Below are positions 1 to 7,442 of a stretch of 29,177 bases of DNA, in pieces. The stretch is from positions 1 to 29,177 of the forward strand of contig JBMFMY010000001.1 in assembly GCA_049970435.1 (NCBI GenBank), in the 5' to 3' direction. The stretch is from Candidatus Methanomethylicaceae archaeon (lineage in GTDB: Archaea > Thermoproteota > Methanomethylicia > Methanomethylicales > Methanomethylicaceae). Made by a program: the position numbers and the translations under genes. Numbering within the stretch: the first letter of the stretch is position 1; the number at the start of each line of letters is the position of its first letter. The notes beneath the pieces are model-generated. The model did not search any database. It had not been told where the DNA came from and worked only from the letters and a program-made list of their open reading frames with translations.

Positions 1-286
1 AGGAGGCCACTATCAAATCCAGCGAAACCGTAAGTGGGGAAGTCGGTCTACGCCTAATAGGAAGAGAACAGTCGGGCATCGAGAAGTACAACAGTCTGGT
101 AGACGTCAAATCCATGGGGTTAGAGCCAGGATACATCTGGTTGACAGCCCCAGGGTGCTCGTAAGATACAACGAGCTTGATGGGACCTATGTGGTCTTTC
201 CGCTTCCATCCTTTGGCGGGGAGCACCTTGCGAGAGCGGGGGGATGTCACTGTTTCCATTTTGCTTTTTCAATTTCATTTCCATAA
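1..286 (+). pseudogene. 3' end of a possible beta-propeller (Vgb/NHL-like repeat) gene with an apparent frameshift; partial at the window edge
   Basis: Frame 3 is open from the window start (EATIKSS...GYIWLTAPG) to TAA 162-164. Frame 2 continues VLVRYNELDGTYVVFPLPS... to TAA 284-286. Joining at the GGG run (153-155) gives GYIWLTAPG-VLVRYNELDGTYVVFPLP, which resembles a propeller blade. Confidence 0.3.
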
Positions 287-392
287 GTAAATACATCAGA
301 GCTCTAACACAAGGGAAAAGCCTCTTTGGATTGAAACAGGGCATTGACTTTTTATTGTGGCTGCATGATACAAAACAAAGGGGGTCTCAATT

Positions 393-764
393 ATGGTTCT
401 AAAGGAGGACACCTTCAACCAAATCGTAACCTTCGAGTACATAATGTGGCGGAAGTCATACATCTGTGGGGAGATCAAGGTACTCCTTGATGTGATCGAG
501 GATCACGGTGTGACGGGTACTGGCAAGATCGTCGACATCATCAGCGTCCAACGACCATACCTCTATGACGACTACACCGACCTCCATGGGGGAATAGACT
601 CCTTCTCCAGGCGGTCTTCACTTGAAGAGATAAAGTTCATGGTCGTGGGGCGCGAGGGAACCTTCGAGCATGACGATAGAACAGTCCCGCCGACACACTG
701 CTTCAAACTCAAGGAGCAGTTCCCAATCGACATAAAGCCGAAGGGTAACCCATTTGGTCCATGA
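393..764 (+). CDS. hypothetical protein (123 aa)
   Basis: ATG start with upstream GGGGGT, natural-looking composition, overlaps the mobA start by 11 nt. No family recognised. Confidence 0.65.
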   Translation: MVLKEDTFNQIVTFEYIMWRKSYICGEIKVLLDVIEDHGVTGTGKIVDIISVQRPYLYDDYTDLHGGIDSFSRRSSLEEIKFMVVGREGTFEHDDRTVPPTHCFKLKEQFPIDIKPKGNPFGP

Positions 765-1407
765 GATCGCCGCCGTCATATTGGCTGGTGGGCGCTCATC
801 TAGACTGGGCGCGTTCAAGCCCCTCGTCAGACTTGCGGGTAAGCCACTCATATGCTACTCCTTAGAAATAGCAAGTTTCACTTCAGAACCCTATATTATA
901 GTGAGCAACAGCGCGCAGTCAGAAGCAATAATGGAAGTAATTGGCAAAAAGCGGGCGAAGATTATTGTGGAGTCTAAAGAGAGAGTGGAGGAGGCCGAGG
1001 ATCACGACACCTACCACAACAACGAAGAAAACAAGGACCGCCCTCTCCACTTCACCTCTGCGATCTCCAGAGTCTATGAGGACCTAATTTTTCTGATGGC
1101 GTGCGATACCCCCTTTTTGGATCCCCTCCTTCCAAAACTTCTGAGTCTGCACATTGGCGACTCCTCCGCAGTGGTGCCAGCCTGGCCGAATGGCTATCTG
1201 GAGCCCCTCGCCGCCCTATACCGCAAAGAGCCCCTCTCTAAGATGAACTCCGCAACAACATTCAGGGATCTACTCTTCAAGATAGGCGCGAGGACCGTGG
1301 CCATAGAGATCCTTGGGGTAAGTCCGGAGTCCTTCCTAAATATCAACACGCCATCAGACTTGGAAAGAGCTGAAGCATTTCTCAGGAAAAGAAACAAAGA
1401 AATATAA
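754..1407 (+). CDS. mobA: molybdenum cofactor guanylyltransferase (NTP_transf_3)
   Basis: AVILAGGRSSRLG-x-FKPL, ACDTPFL, EPLAALY and SFLNINTPSDL motifs. Confidence 0.9.
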   Translation: MVHEIAAVILAGGRSSRLGAFKPLVRLAGKPLICYSLEIASFTSEPYIIVSNSAQSEAIMEVIGKKRAKIIVESKERVEEAEDHDTYHNNEENKDRPLHFTSAISRVYEDLIFLMACDTPFLDPLLPKLLSLHIGDSSAVVPAWPNGYLEPLAALYRKEPLSKMNSATTFRDLLFKIGARTVAIEILGVSPESFLNINTPSDLERAEAFLRKRNKEI

Positions 1408-1426
1408 TAAGCAGTCAAGAAAATTT

Positions 1427-1455
1427 TTTATAATATACTCACGAGTATTATACTC
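1427..1455 (+). promoter_or_regulatory. TATA box (TTTATAAT) followed by alternating ATACTC/GAGTAT half-sites abutting the ATG; probably a leaderless promoter with an operator
   Basis: TTTATAAT at ~1427-1434, about 25 nt before ATG 1456. ATACTC-AC-GAGTAT-T-ATACTC at 1435-1455. Confidence 0.5.
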
Positions 1456-2760
1456 ATGCGTATACCTTTTTATAATAGGGAAAAAGAGCTTTCTCTACTC
1501 ATGGAAGTAGTCTCTTCAAAGAGAGCAGAGCTAGTAATCCTTTACGGTCGGAGGAGGATCGGGAAGACTGCACTCTCAACTCAACTTCTGAATATGACTC
1601 GTGGCTTTTACATCTATGTAGAGAACTCCAGTCTCAAGAGCTTCCTGACCAACGCCTCCACAATATTTGGCAGAAGCTTCAAATCTATTGATGAGTTCTT
1701 GGACTATGCATTCTTGGAGCTCGGAAAGGAGAACGTCCTCCTAGTTCTTGATGAATATCAAAGGATATCGCGGGCTCTCTCCCCGAGAATACAATACCAC
1801 TGGGACGCAAGTTCAGGTGTGAGTAAAATCAAACTTCTTCTCTTGGGATCCACTATAGGAATGATAGAACGAGACATCGGATATTTGGGCCCGCTCTACG
1901 GTCGGGCTACAAGAATAATCAGGCTGAATGGCTTTGATTATAGTGATGTGAGGAAGATATTCAAATGCAAAGAGAGAGAGTCTATAGAGATCTATTCGGT
2001 TTTGGGGGGCACGCCATACTATTTATTACTTTACAACAAGTCCAAAACGCTCGAAGAGAATATTCGCGACTTGTTCCTGAAAACTGGTGCCCCCCTCTAC
2101 GAGGAGGTTGAGAGGCTTCTTGCCACCGAATTGAGGGATCCTTCTAGATACCTCGAAATACTTGAGGCAATAGGCATGGGGCGATTAACACTGAAGGAGA
2201 TCTCTGACTATACGGGATTGGAAAGGCACCAGTTGAAAAAGTATCTATTGACGCTTGAGAAGCTGATGCTGATAGAAAGAGAGGCTAGTATACTGAAGAA
2301 AAGCGTGCCCAGGTACAGGTTCAGGGACAACTTTTTCATGTTCTACATGCGCTTCATACACCCAAACATCCAGAACATTGAACTTGGACAGGAAGAGTAT
2401 GTGATAAATAAAATAATTGAAGAATTGCCGACCTATTTAGGAAACACATTCGAAAATATCTGCCTATCAATGATCTCAAAAAGACTGCAGGGATACCGAG
2501 TCGGCAGGTATTGGGACAGGGATGGGAACGAGATAGACGTAGTCGCAATAAGGGAAAGAGATGGAGATGTGGTCTTCTTTGAGTGCAAGATGGGAGGCGT
2601 TGAGCCTTCAGATGCTGTAAAGTTCAAGGGCATCGCTTCCATAATTGCTGGAAAGTTGAAGATCCCGATCCCAAAACTCTACTTCATAGTGCCTGAGAAA
2701 ACCAAGGAAGAGGTGGAGGGCATAAAAGTTATCGGGGTTGGAGATAATTTCAGTGAATGA
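1456..2760 (+). CDS. archaeal AAA ATPase with wHTH and DUF234/PD-(D/E)xK C-terminal domain (COG1672-like)
   Basis: FYNREKEL start, Walker A YGRRRIGKT, Walker B VLDEYQ, LGGTPYYL, YRFRDNFFMFYMRF, GRYWDRDGNEIDVVA...FFECK. Confidence 0.9.
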   Translation: MRIPFYNREKELSLLMEVVSSKRAELVILYGRRRIGKTALSTQLLNMTRGFYIYVENSSLKSFLTNASTIFGRSFKSIDEFLDYAFLELGKENVLLVLDEYQRISRALSPRIQYHWDASSGVSKIKLLLLGSTIGMIERDIGYLGPLYGRATRIIRLNGFDYSDVRKIFKCKERESIEIYSVLGGTPYYLLLYNKSKTLEENIRDLFLKTGAPLYEEVERLLATELRDPSRYLEILEAIGMGRLTLKEISDYTGLERHQLKKYLLTLEKLMLIEREASILKKSVPRYRFRDNFFMFYMRFIHPNIQNIELGQEEYVINKIIEELPTYLGNTFENICLSMISKRLQGYRVGRYWDRDGNEIDVVAIRERDGDVVFFECKMGGVEPSDAVKFKGIASIIAGKLKIPIPKLYFIVPEKTKEEVEGIKVIGVGDNFSE

Positions 2761-2891
2761 ACACTGTTGATAAGAACTACACCTATGTCAGCGTGGCAAG
2801 TTGGAGATCTAAATTTCAGTGGATGAACCCTATTACGTTGGAGGGCGTCAAATATCCAGTGGTGCGCCCTTTCTATTTTGTTATCTTCTAA
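2757..2891 (+). CDS. possible 44-aa small protein translationally coupled to the ATPase
   Basis: ATGA overlap with the ATPase stop; open to TAA 2889-2891: MNTVDKNYTYVSVASWRSKFQWMNPITLEGVKYPVVRPFYFVIF. Confidence 0.3.
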   Translation: MNTVDKNYTYVSVASWRSKFQWMNPITLEGVKYPVVRPFYFVIF

Positions 2892-2924
2892 TGAAGCTCT
2901 CGATGCAATTTCTCTGCCGAGAAA

Positions 2925-4940
2925 CTATTCCCACCTCTCAATATCCACGTAATTTGTGTGGTAGGTCGAGCCTCCACCCATATCCGAGACCCTACTACTC
3001 GTGGTGAAGTTTGGCGTCTTGCCCATCCTCACAATCTTGGGCCAAGGTATCCCGTAGCTCAAAACCACCCCACTCTGAACCTTAGAAGAGAGCTTTGCCC
3101 TCATAATGCACCAGCCCCTCTCGTTGTAAACCCTCACAAGGTCACCGTCCTTTATGCCACGACTGGCCGCATCCTTCTCGCTAACCTCTACAACTAGGTC
3201 CTTCTTCCCGCCTGGATATATCCCTTCGATGTTGAAGTACTGGCTCTTCATCAGATCCCTGTGGAAAGGCGTGATCAACCTTAGGGGATAGTCGCCATGA
3301 ACCTCGGTATATCCTGGCACGGGCGGAAGACCATCGGCCTCGGCCCTCTTTGAGTAGAACTCAACCTTACCGGTCGGAGTCCCGAACAAAAACTCCGAGA
3401 AGGCTACATGCGGTGCGCTCGGGGTGTTTAGCCTCACAAACCCCTTCTCCCTCAACCTCTCCAACGTTATTCCCTTCATAAACCCTGTACCTCTCCTCAA
3501 AACCTCGTCCGCTAGCCTCTCCGGCTCTGCGACTATATCGTTGAAGCCCATCCTCCTGGCGAGCTCTGCGAAGACCTCGAAGTTGGACTTGCACTCCCCA
3601 AGCGGCTCTATCGCCCTCTCATTCACCGCGACGTAGAGCCCACAGTACGTGAAATGGACGTCAAAGGTCTCGAAGTAGCTCGTAGCTGGCAATACAATGT
3701 CAGCAAAGTCAGCGGTGTCTGTCATGAAGAGGTCATGTACCACTGTGAAGAGGTCCTCCCTTGAGAGCCCTTCCCTCACCTTATTCAGGTCGGGACAGAC
3801 CGCCGCAGGGTTGGAGTTGTAAACGAAGAGGAACTTTATAGGTGGCTTCAGGTTCTCGTCCAGCAACGCCTCACCAAGCTTTATCATGTTTATCTTCCGC
3901 CTCTCACCGGTGCTGCCTTTCAGGAAGTCATAGTCCACTGTGAAATACGCAGAGTTCGAGTAGAAGAACCCTCCCCCCCGCCTCCCTATGTTTCCGGTGA
4001 GTGCTGGCAGGAGGCATATGCTCCTGACAATCTCTCCCCCATTGGCGTTCCTCTGGATGCCAAGCCCTATGAGCACCGCTGATGGCTTTGTCCTAGCATA
4101 CTCCTCGGCAAAACCCTCCAAAACATGCTCATCCACGCCGCATATGGATGCCACCCTCTCAGTGGTGTACTGCTCGACGGACTTCCTGAACTCCTCGAAT
4201 CCATAGGTGTGCTTTTCCACAAATTCCCTGTCGTATAGCCCGTTCTGTATTATGTAGTTCGCCACGCCAAGTGCCAGCGCCGAGTCGGTCCCTGGCTTAG
4301 GCTGGATGTGGAGGTCAGCATGCTCCGCGGTCTCGCTCCTAACAGGGTCTACCACCACGACCTTCGCGCCGCTCCTCCTTATCAGGGAGTAGAGGTGTAC
4401 CGCGGTCCATGCCGGGTTGAACCCCCAAACCACAACGTACTTTGAGTTCAGGAGATCCTCGGGGTCCATCCCCGCATAAGTGCCGTAGTGGTAAGTGATC
4501 GCCCACTTACCAGTCTCAGAGCATATTGTGTACTCCAGCTGCGACGCACCTATCCTGTTGAAGAACCTGTATGGGTAATACCTGCTCAGAATACCCATGT
4601 GCCCAGCATATTCATACGGAAGGATGGCAAGCGGTCCATAATCCTTTATAACACTCTTTAATCTCTGGACGATTATAGAGAGGGCCTCATCCCAGCTTAT
4701 CCTCTCAAACCTTCCACTGCCCTTCGGTCCAATTCTCCTCATGGGATATTTCAGACGTTCAGGCGAGTACACCCATTCCAATACCCTCTGCCCCTTCCTG
4801 CAGAGGAATCCCCTCGTTAGCCCGTGGTCTTTCCTACCCTCTACTCTGACAACCCTGCCGCTGTCGTCGACATAGGAATACATTGCACATGTGTCGTAGC
4901 AGTCCTTGGGACATGCCGAAATGAACCTGATCTCCACCAT
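2925..4940 (-). CDS. molybdopterin (bis-MGD) oxidoreductase, DMSO reductase superfamily, cytoplasmic, with N-terminal [4Fe-4S]
   Basis: ACPKDCYDTC...GFLCRKG Fe-S motif, YSPERLKYPMRR, TICS ligand region, VHDLFMTDTADFADIVLPATSYFE, C-terminal molydop-binding domain. Start moved to ATG 4940 (MVEIRF) behind a GGAGG-like RBS. No Tat signal. Confidence 0.9.
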   Translation of the reverse strand: MVEIRFISACPKDCYDTCAMYSYVDDSGRVVRVEGRKDHGLTRGFLCRKGQRVLEWVYSPERLKYPMRRIGPKGSGRFERISWDEALSIIVQRLKSVIKDYGPLAILPYEYAGHMGILSRYYPYRFFNRIGASQLEYTICSETGKWAITYHYGTYAGMDPEDLLNSKYVVVWGFNPAWTAVHLYSLIRRSGAKVVVVDPVRSETAEHADLHIQPKPGTDSALALGVANYIIQNGLYDREFVEKHTYGFEEFRKSVEQYTTERVASICGVDEHVLEGFAEEYARTKPSAVLIGLGIQRNANGGEIVRSICLLPALTGNIGRRGGGFFYSNSAYFTVDYDFLKGSTGERRKINMIKLGEALLDENLKPPIKFLFVYNSNPAAVCPDLNKVREGLSREDLFTVVHDLFMTDTADFADIVLPATSYFETFDVHFTYCGLYVAVNERAIEPLGECKSNFEVFAELARRMGFNDIVAEPERLADEVLRRGTGFMKGITLERLREKGFVRLNTPSAPHVAFSEFLFGTPTGKVEFYSKRAEADGLPPVPGYTEVHGDYPLRLITPFHRDLMKSQYFNIEGIYPGGKKDLVVEVSEKDAASRGIKDGDLVRVYNERGWCIMRAKLSSKVQSGVVLSYGIPWPKIVRMGKTPNFTTSSRVSDMGGGSTYHTNYVDIERWE

Positions 4941-5048
4941 GTACAAAAATACGCCTCCCGTCTGTATTAAGGTTTGCACAACCTGAGAGAGTCTTGCGGA
5001 CCTCCTCGACGCTCTCTCAGTGCCACAGCTGCTCTTCTCCCAGCAATA

Positions 5049-6062
5049 TCAACTCAACAATACTTTCTGTTGAGAGAGCACTGACTTTAGAAGTGTGATT
5101 ATTTCGGAAACTGTGGATCCCTCGAGTACGGTTATCCCATAGAGAGGTGCGAGCTTTCTTGCACTCTCAGTCAACCTCGGCATGCAGACGAGTATGGTCT
5201 TTGCCGAGCTTGTATCCAGCACCTTCACGTAGGTGTTCAAAATAACCGATTCATTAATCGCCTCTTTAGAAGTTATCACATCGACAACGACGGCTCTGCC
5301 TGAGTTATCTATGCCGACGACGTCAAACGGGTGCATTGTTCCAGACTTACCAACTAGAGTCCCAGGGGAGTTCACGGTTAAACCTGCGGCTTTAAGTTCG
5401 TTCATTATCGGTCTTATGACAAGATGTTGCCGCAAGAACTCCTCCATAGCGGCTTTGTTCATTATAACACGAGGTACAGATGATATAACAAGCCCGTGAA
5501 CAGTAACCTCCTTTTTGCAGGTACTACACAAGTATGTGATCTTCGGCAGATCTGCTTGCCTGTAACAGATCAGACACCTGTACCACACCCCTATCGTCCT
5601 ATAATCTCTCCCTTCAACATTGAGTTTCGAGCCGCAACTTGGGCAAACCAAGGTGCCGGAAGGATCTTTAAACTTTGAAACGGGCCCTATGACGCCATCC
5701 CTAATATGCTCAAGCAGGAGCTCCTTGTAAAGCTGCGTTGAGTTGCAAAAAGGGCAATGGAAGTACACGCGAATGTGTTCGGAGCCGCAGTATGGGCACT
5801 TAAGGACTTGGTCATGGTATTCCGTCTTGCCAAGGCCGAGGGAGATCAATTTATTAATAATCTCGACCGTTTCCTGTGGGGTCGATTTGCAGCTCTTTAT
5901 TATATCTGGGTAAGTGTAGCCATACTGGAGATCGAACTCTGGCAGCAGGACATCCTTAGCCTCCCTCACCAAGTATTCAAACAGGCATACAAGCCGACTA
6001 TCGCTTACTATAGCATTGTAGTAAGACTGTGATGCTGGAGGTGAGGCCAATTTTTCCACCAA
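5049..6062 (-). CDS. TackOD1-type multi-zinc-ribbon protein with C-terminal Mrr/REase-like domain
   Basis: YGYTYP; CPYCGS, CPFCNS, LLEH, CPSCG, GRDYRTIG, CLIC, CSTC. C-terminal GKSGTMHPFDVV...AKTILVCMPRLTESARKLA resembles an Mrr_cat-like fold. Confidence 0.75.
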   Translation of the reverse strand: MVEKLASPPASQSYYNAIVSDSRLVCLFEYLVREAKDVLLPEFDLQYGYTYPDIIKSCKSTPQETVEIINKLISLGLGKTEYHDQVLKCPYCGSEHIRVYFHCPFCNSTQLYKELLLEHIRDGVIGPVSKFKDPSGTLVCPSCGSKLNVEGRDYRTIGVWYRCLICYRQADLPKITYLCSTCKKEVTVHGLVISSVPRVIMNKAAMEEFLRQHLVIRPIMNELKAAGLTVNSPGTLVGKSGTMHPFDVVGIDNSGRAVVVDVITSKEAINESVILNTYVKVLDTSSAKTILVCMPRLTESARKLAPLYGITVLEGSTVSEIITLLKSVLSQQKVLLS

Positions 6063-6157
6063 ACATTGTCGATATTACATGGAATTAGCTACTATTTTTC
6101 CCCTTTTTATATAAATATATCACTTATTACCATTTTTATCTCTACTTCACAAGAAGA

Positions 6158-6181
6158 CCCGTCCGCCAGGGCGGGGATCAC
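6158..6181 (+). mobile_element. solo IS200/IS605-type right-end hairpin (remnant)
   Basis: CCCGTCC-GCCA-GGGCGGG-GATCAC matches the CCCCGTCC-TTTA-GGGCGGG...TCAC ends at 13679-13705 and 21468-21496, with a different loop. Confidence 0.6.
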
Positions 6182-6424
6182 AATATTTTCTAAACCAAAC
6201 CAGAGTGGATAGTCTCTGAAACTCCATTTCTGAATTTTGCTCATTAAACTCAATGAACAATCTACCAGTTATGCTCTTCAATAAGCTTAGCCAAAGTTTT
6301 TCTATTATGGGGAGCCTAAAAGGGCAATGAAAAAACAGACCAATGAAAGTCCTAGAAGCAAGAACCTTCCAGCTTCAGCCGTGGAGAGTGTCAAAGGGCT
6401 GTATAAAGACTCCCTAACATATAG

Positions 6425-6496
6425 TGGACCGGGTGGGACTTGAACCCACGACCCCCTGCGTGCAAGGCAGGTGATCTGCCACTAATCTACCGGCCC
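6425..6496 (-). tRNA. tRNA-Ala(UGC), no intron, CCA not encoded
   Basis: Cloverleaf GGGCCGG/CCGGTCC with the G3:U70 Ala identity pair, anticodon loop CTTGCAC, T-arm GTGGG-TTCAAGT-CCCAC, discriminator A. Confidence 0.97.
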
Positions 6497-6623
6497 TCCC
6501 TTTGTTGTAAAGACCGTTAGGAGATTTTTATCTTTTTTGTTCCCTAATTTGAAAAGCATAATTATTTGCTGAGAATATATTATTCTGAAGAGTATAAAGA
6601 TTGGTGAACTTTCATCGTCGGAT

Positions 6624-7442
6624 TTGGTTGTTAAGTTCAGCGATCCCCTAATTAAGGCAGTGAGCCTCCTTGGAGGCGAGAAGGCGCGCTATAGGTTGCC
6701 AGTAACAGACGATGAGGGCAAGGTTGAGGGTTTTATAAGCGGTAGAAGGGTCATTGAGGTGTTGGTCGGAAGACGCGGCACCTCGCTTATTGAGGAAAAA
6801 GGCTTGGACGCCATACTGAATGAGCCCATAAATTTATTCATGGATGAGATACACCACTTATTCTTTGATGATGCCAGGCTAGATACTATTCTGAAATATA
6901 TATGCGAAAACATGGTGGGGTATGTTATCCTGGTGGATCAATCTGGCAGGTTCAAGGGAATAGTCGAGGAAGTTGGATTTCTCGAGAGGCTCAAGGGCAA
7001 GGAGATGGGGATAAGCGTGGATCAGATAATGAGCCGTAGGATCCACGCTGAAGAGGCAAAGTCCACGATTCTTGAGGCCTCACAAAGAATGGTAAACGAG
7101 AGGTTGAGGCGCCTCCCGGTTACTGACAGGGGCAAGGTCGTTGGCATAATAACTGTGAGCGACATTCTGAGAGAGCTCGTCAGGGCCAGAAATGCAGGTG
7201 TAGAGAGAGCCTTGGCAAACATATTCAAGCAAAGGGTAGAGGAGCTTATGTCCAGAGATCTTGTGGGGATAGATCCTGACGCAGATGTAGGAGCAGCAGT
7301 AAAGAGCATGCTGGACATGGATGTGAGCGGGCTCCTAGTATTTCGCGACCAGCAACTCGTGGGAATAGTCTCGAGGGTCGATGTCTTGGGGAGGAGCGTG
7401 AGGATCAAGGGCATAGAGCACATGATCGAGATGATGGTCTGA
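6624..7442 (+). CDS. CBS-domain protein (two CBS pairs)
   Basis: RLRRLPVTDRGKVVGIITVSDIL, VSGLLVFRDQQLVGIVSRVDVL, RYRLPVTDDEGKVEGFIS. The true start may lie ~10 codons upstream. Confidence 0.88.
   Translation: MVVKFSDPLIKAVSLLGGEKARYRLPVTDDEGKVEGFISGRRVIEVLVGRRGTSLIEEKGLDAILNEPINLFMDEIHHLFFDDARLDTILKYICENMVGYVILVDQSGRFKGIVEEVGFLERLKGKEMGISVDQIMSRRIHAEEAKSTILEASQRMVNERLRRLPVTDRGKVVGIITVSDILRELVRARNAGVERALANIFKQRVEELMSRDLVGIDPDADVGAAVKSMLDMDVSGLLVFRDQQLVGIVSRVDVLGRSVRIKGIEHMIEMMV

Noticed and set aside
5049-5051. The TGA of the TackOD1 gene is in frame with the Mo-oxidoreductase and has a hairpin downstream (possible Sec or read-through)
   Set aside because: The linker peptide is not domain-like, the downstream gene has its own RBS and ATG, no Sec machinery is in view, and in-frame adjacency is common by chance.
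6182-6424. Possible integrated island or pseudogene downstream of the tRNA-Ala 3' end
   Set aside because: No integrase and no duplicated tRNA 3' end (att) in the window; only short stop-interrupted frames.
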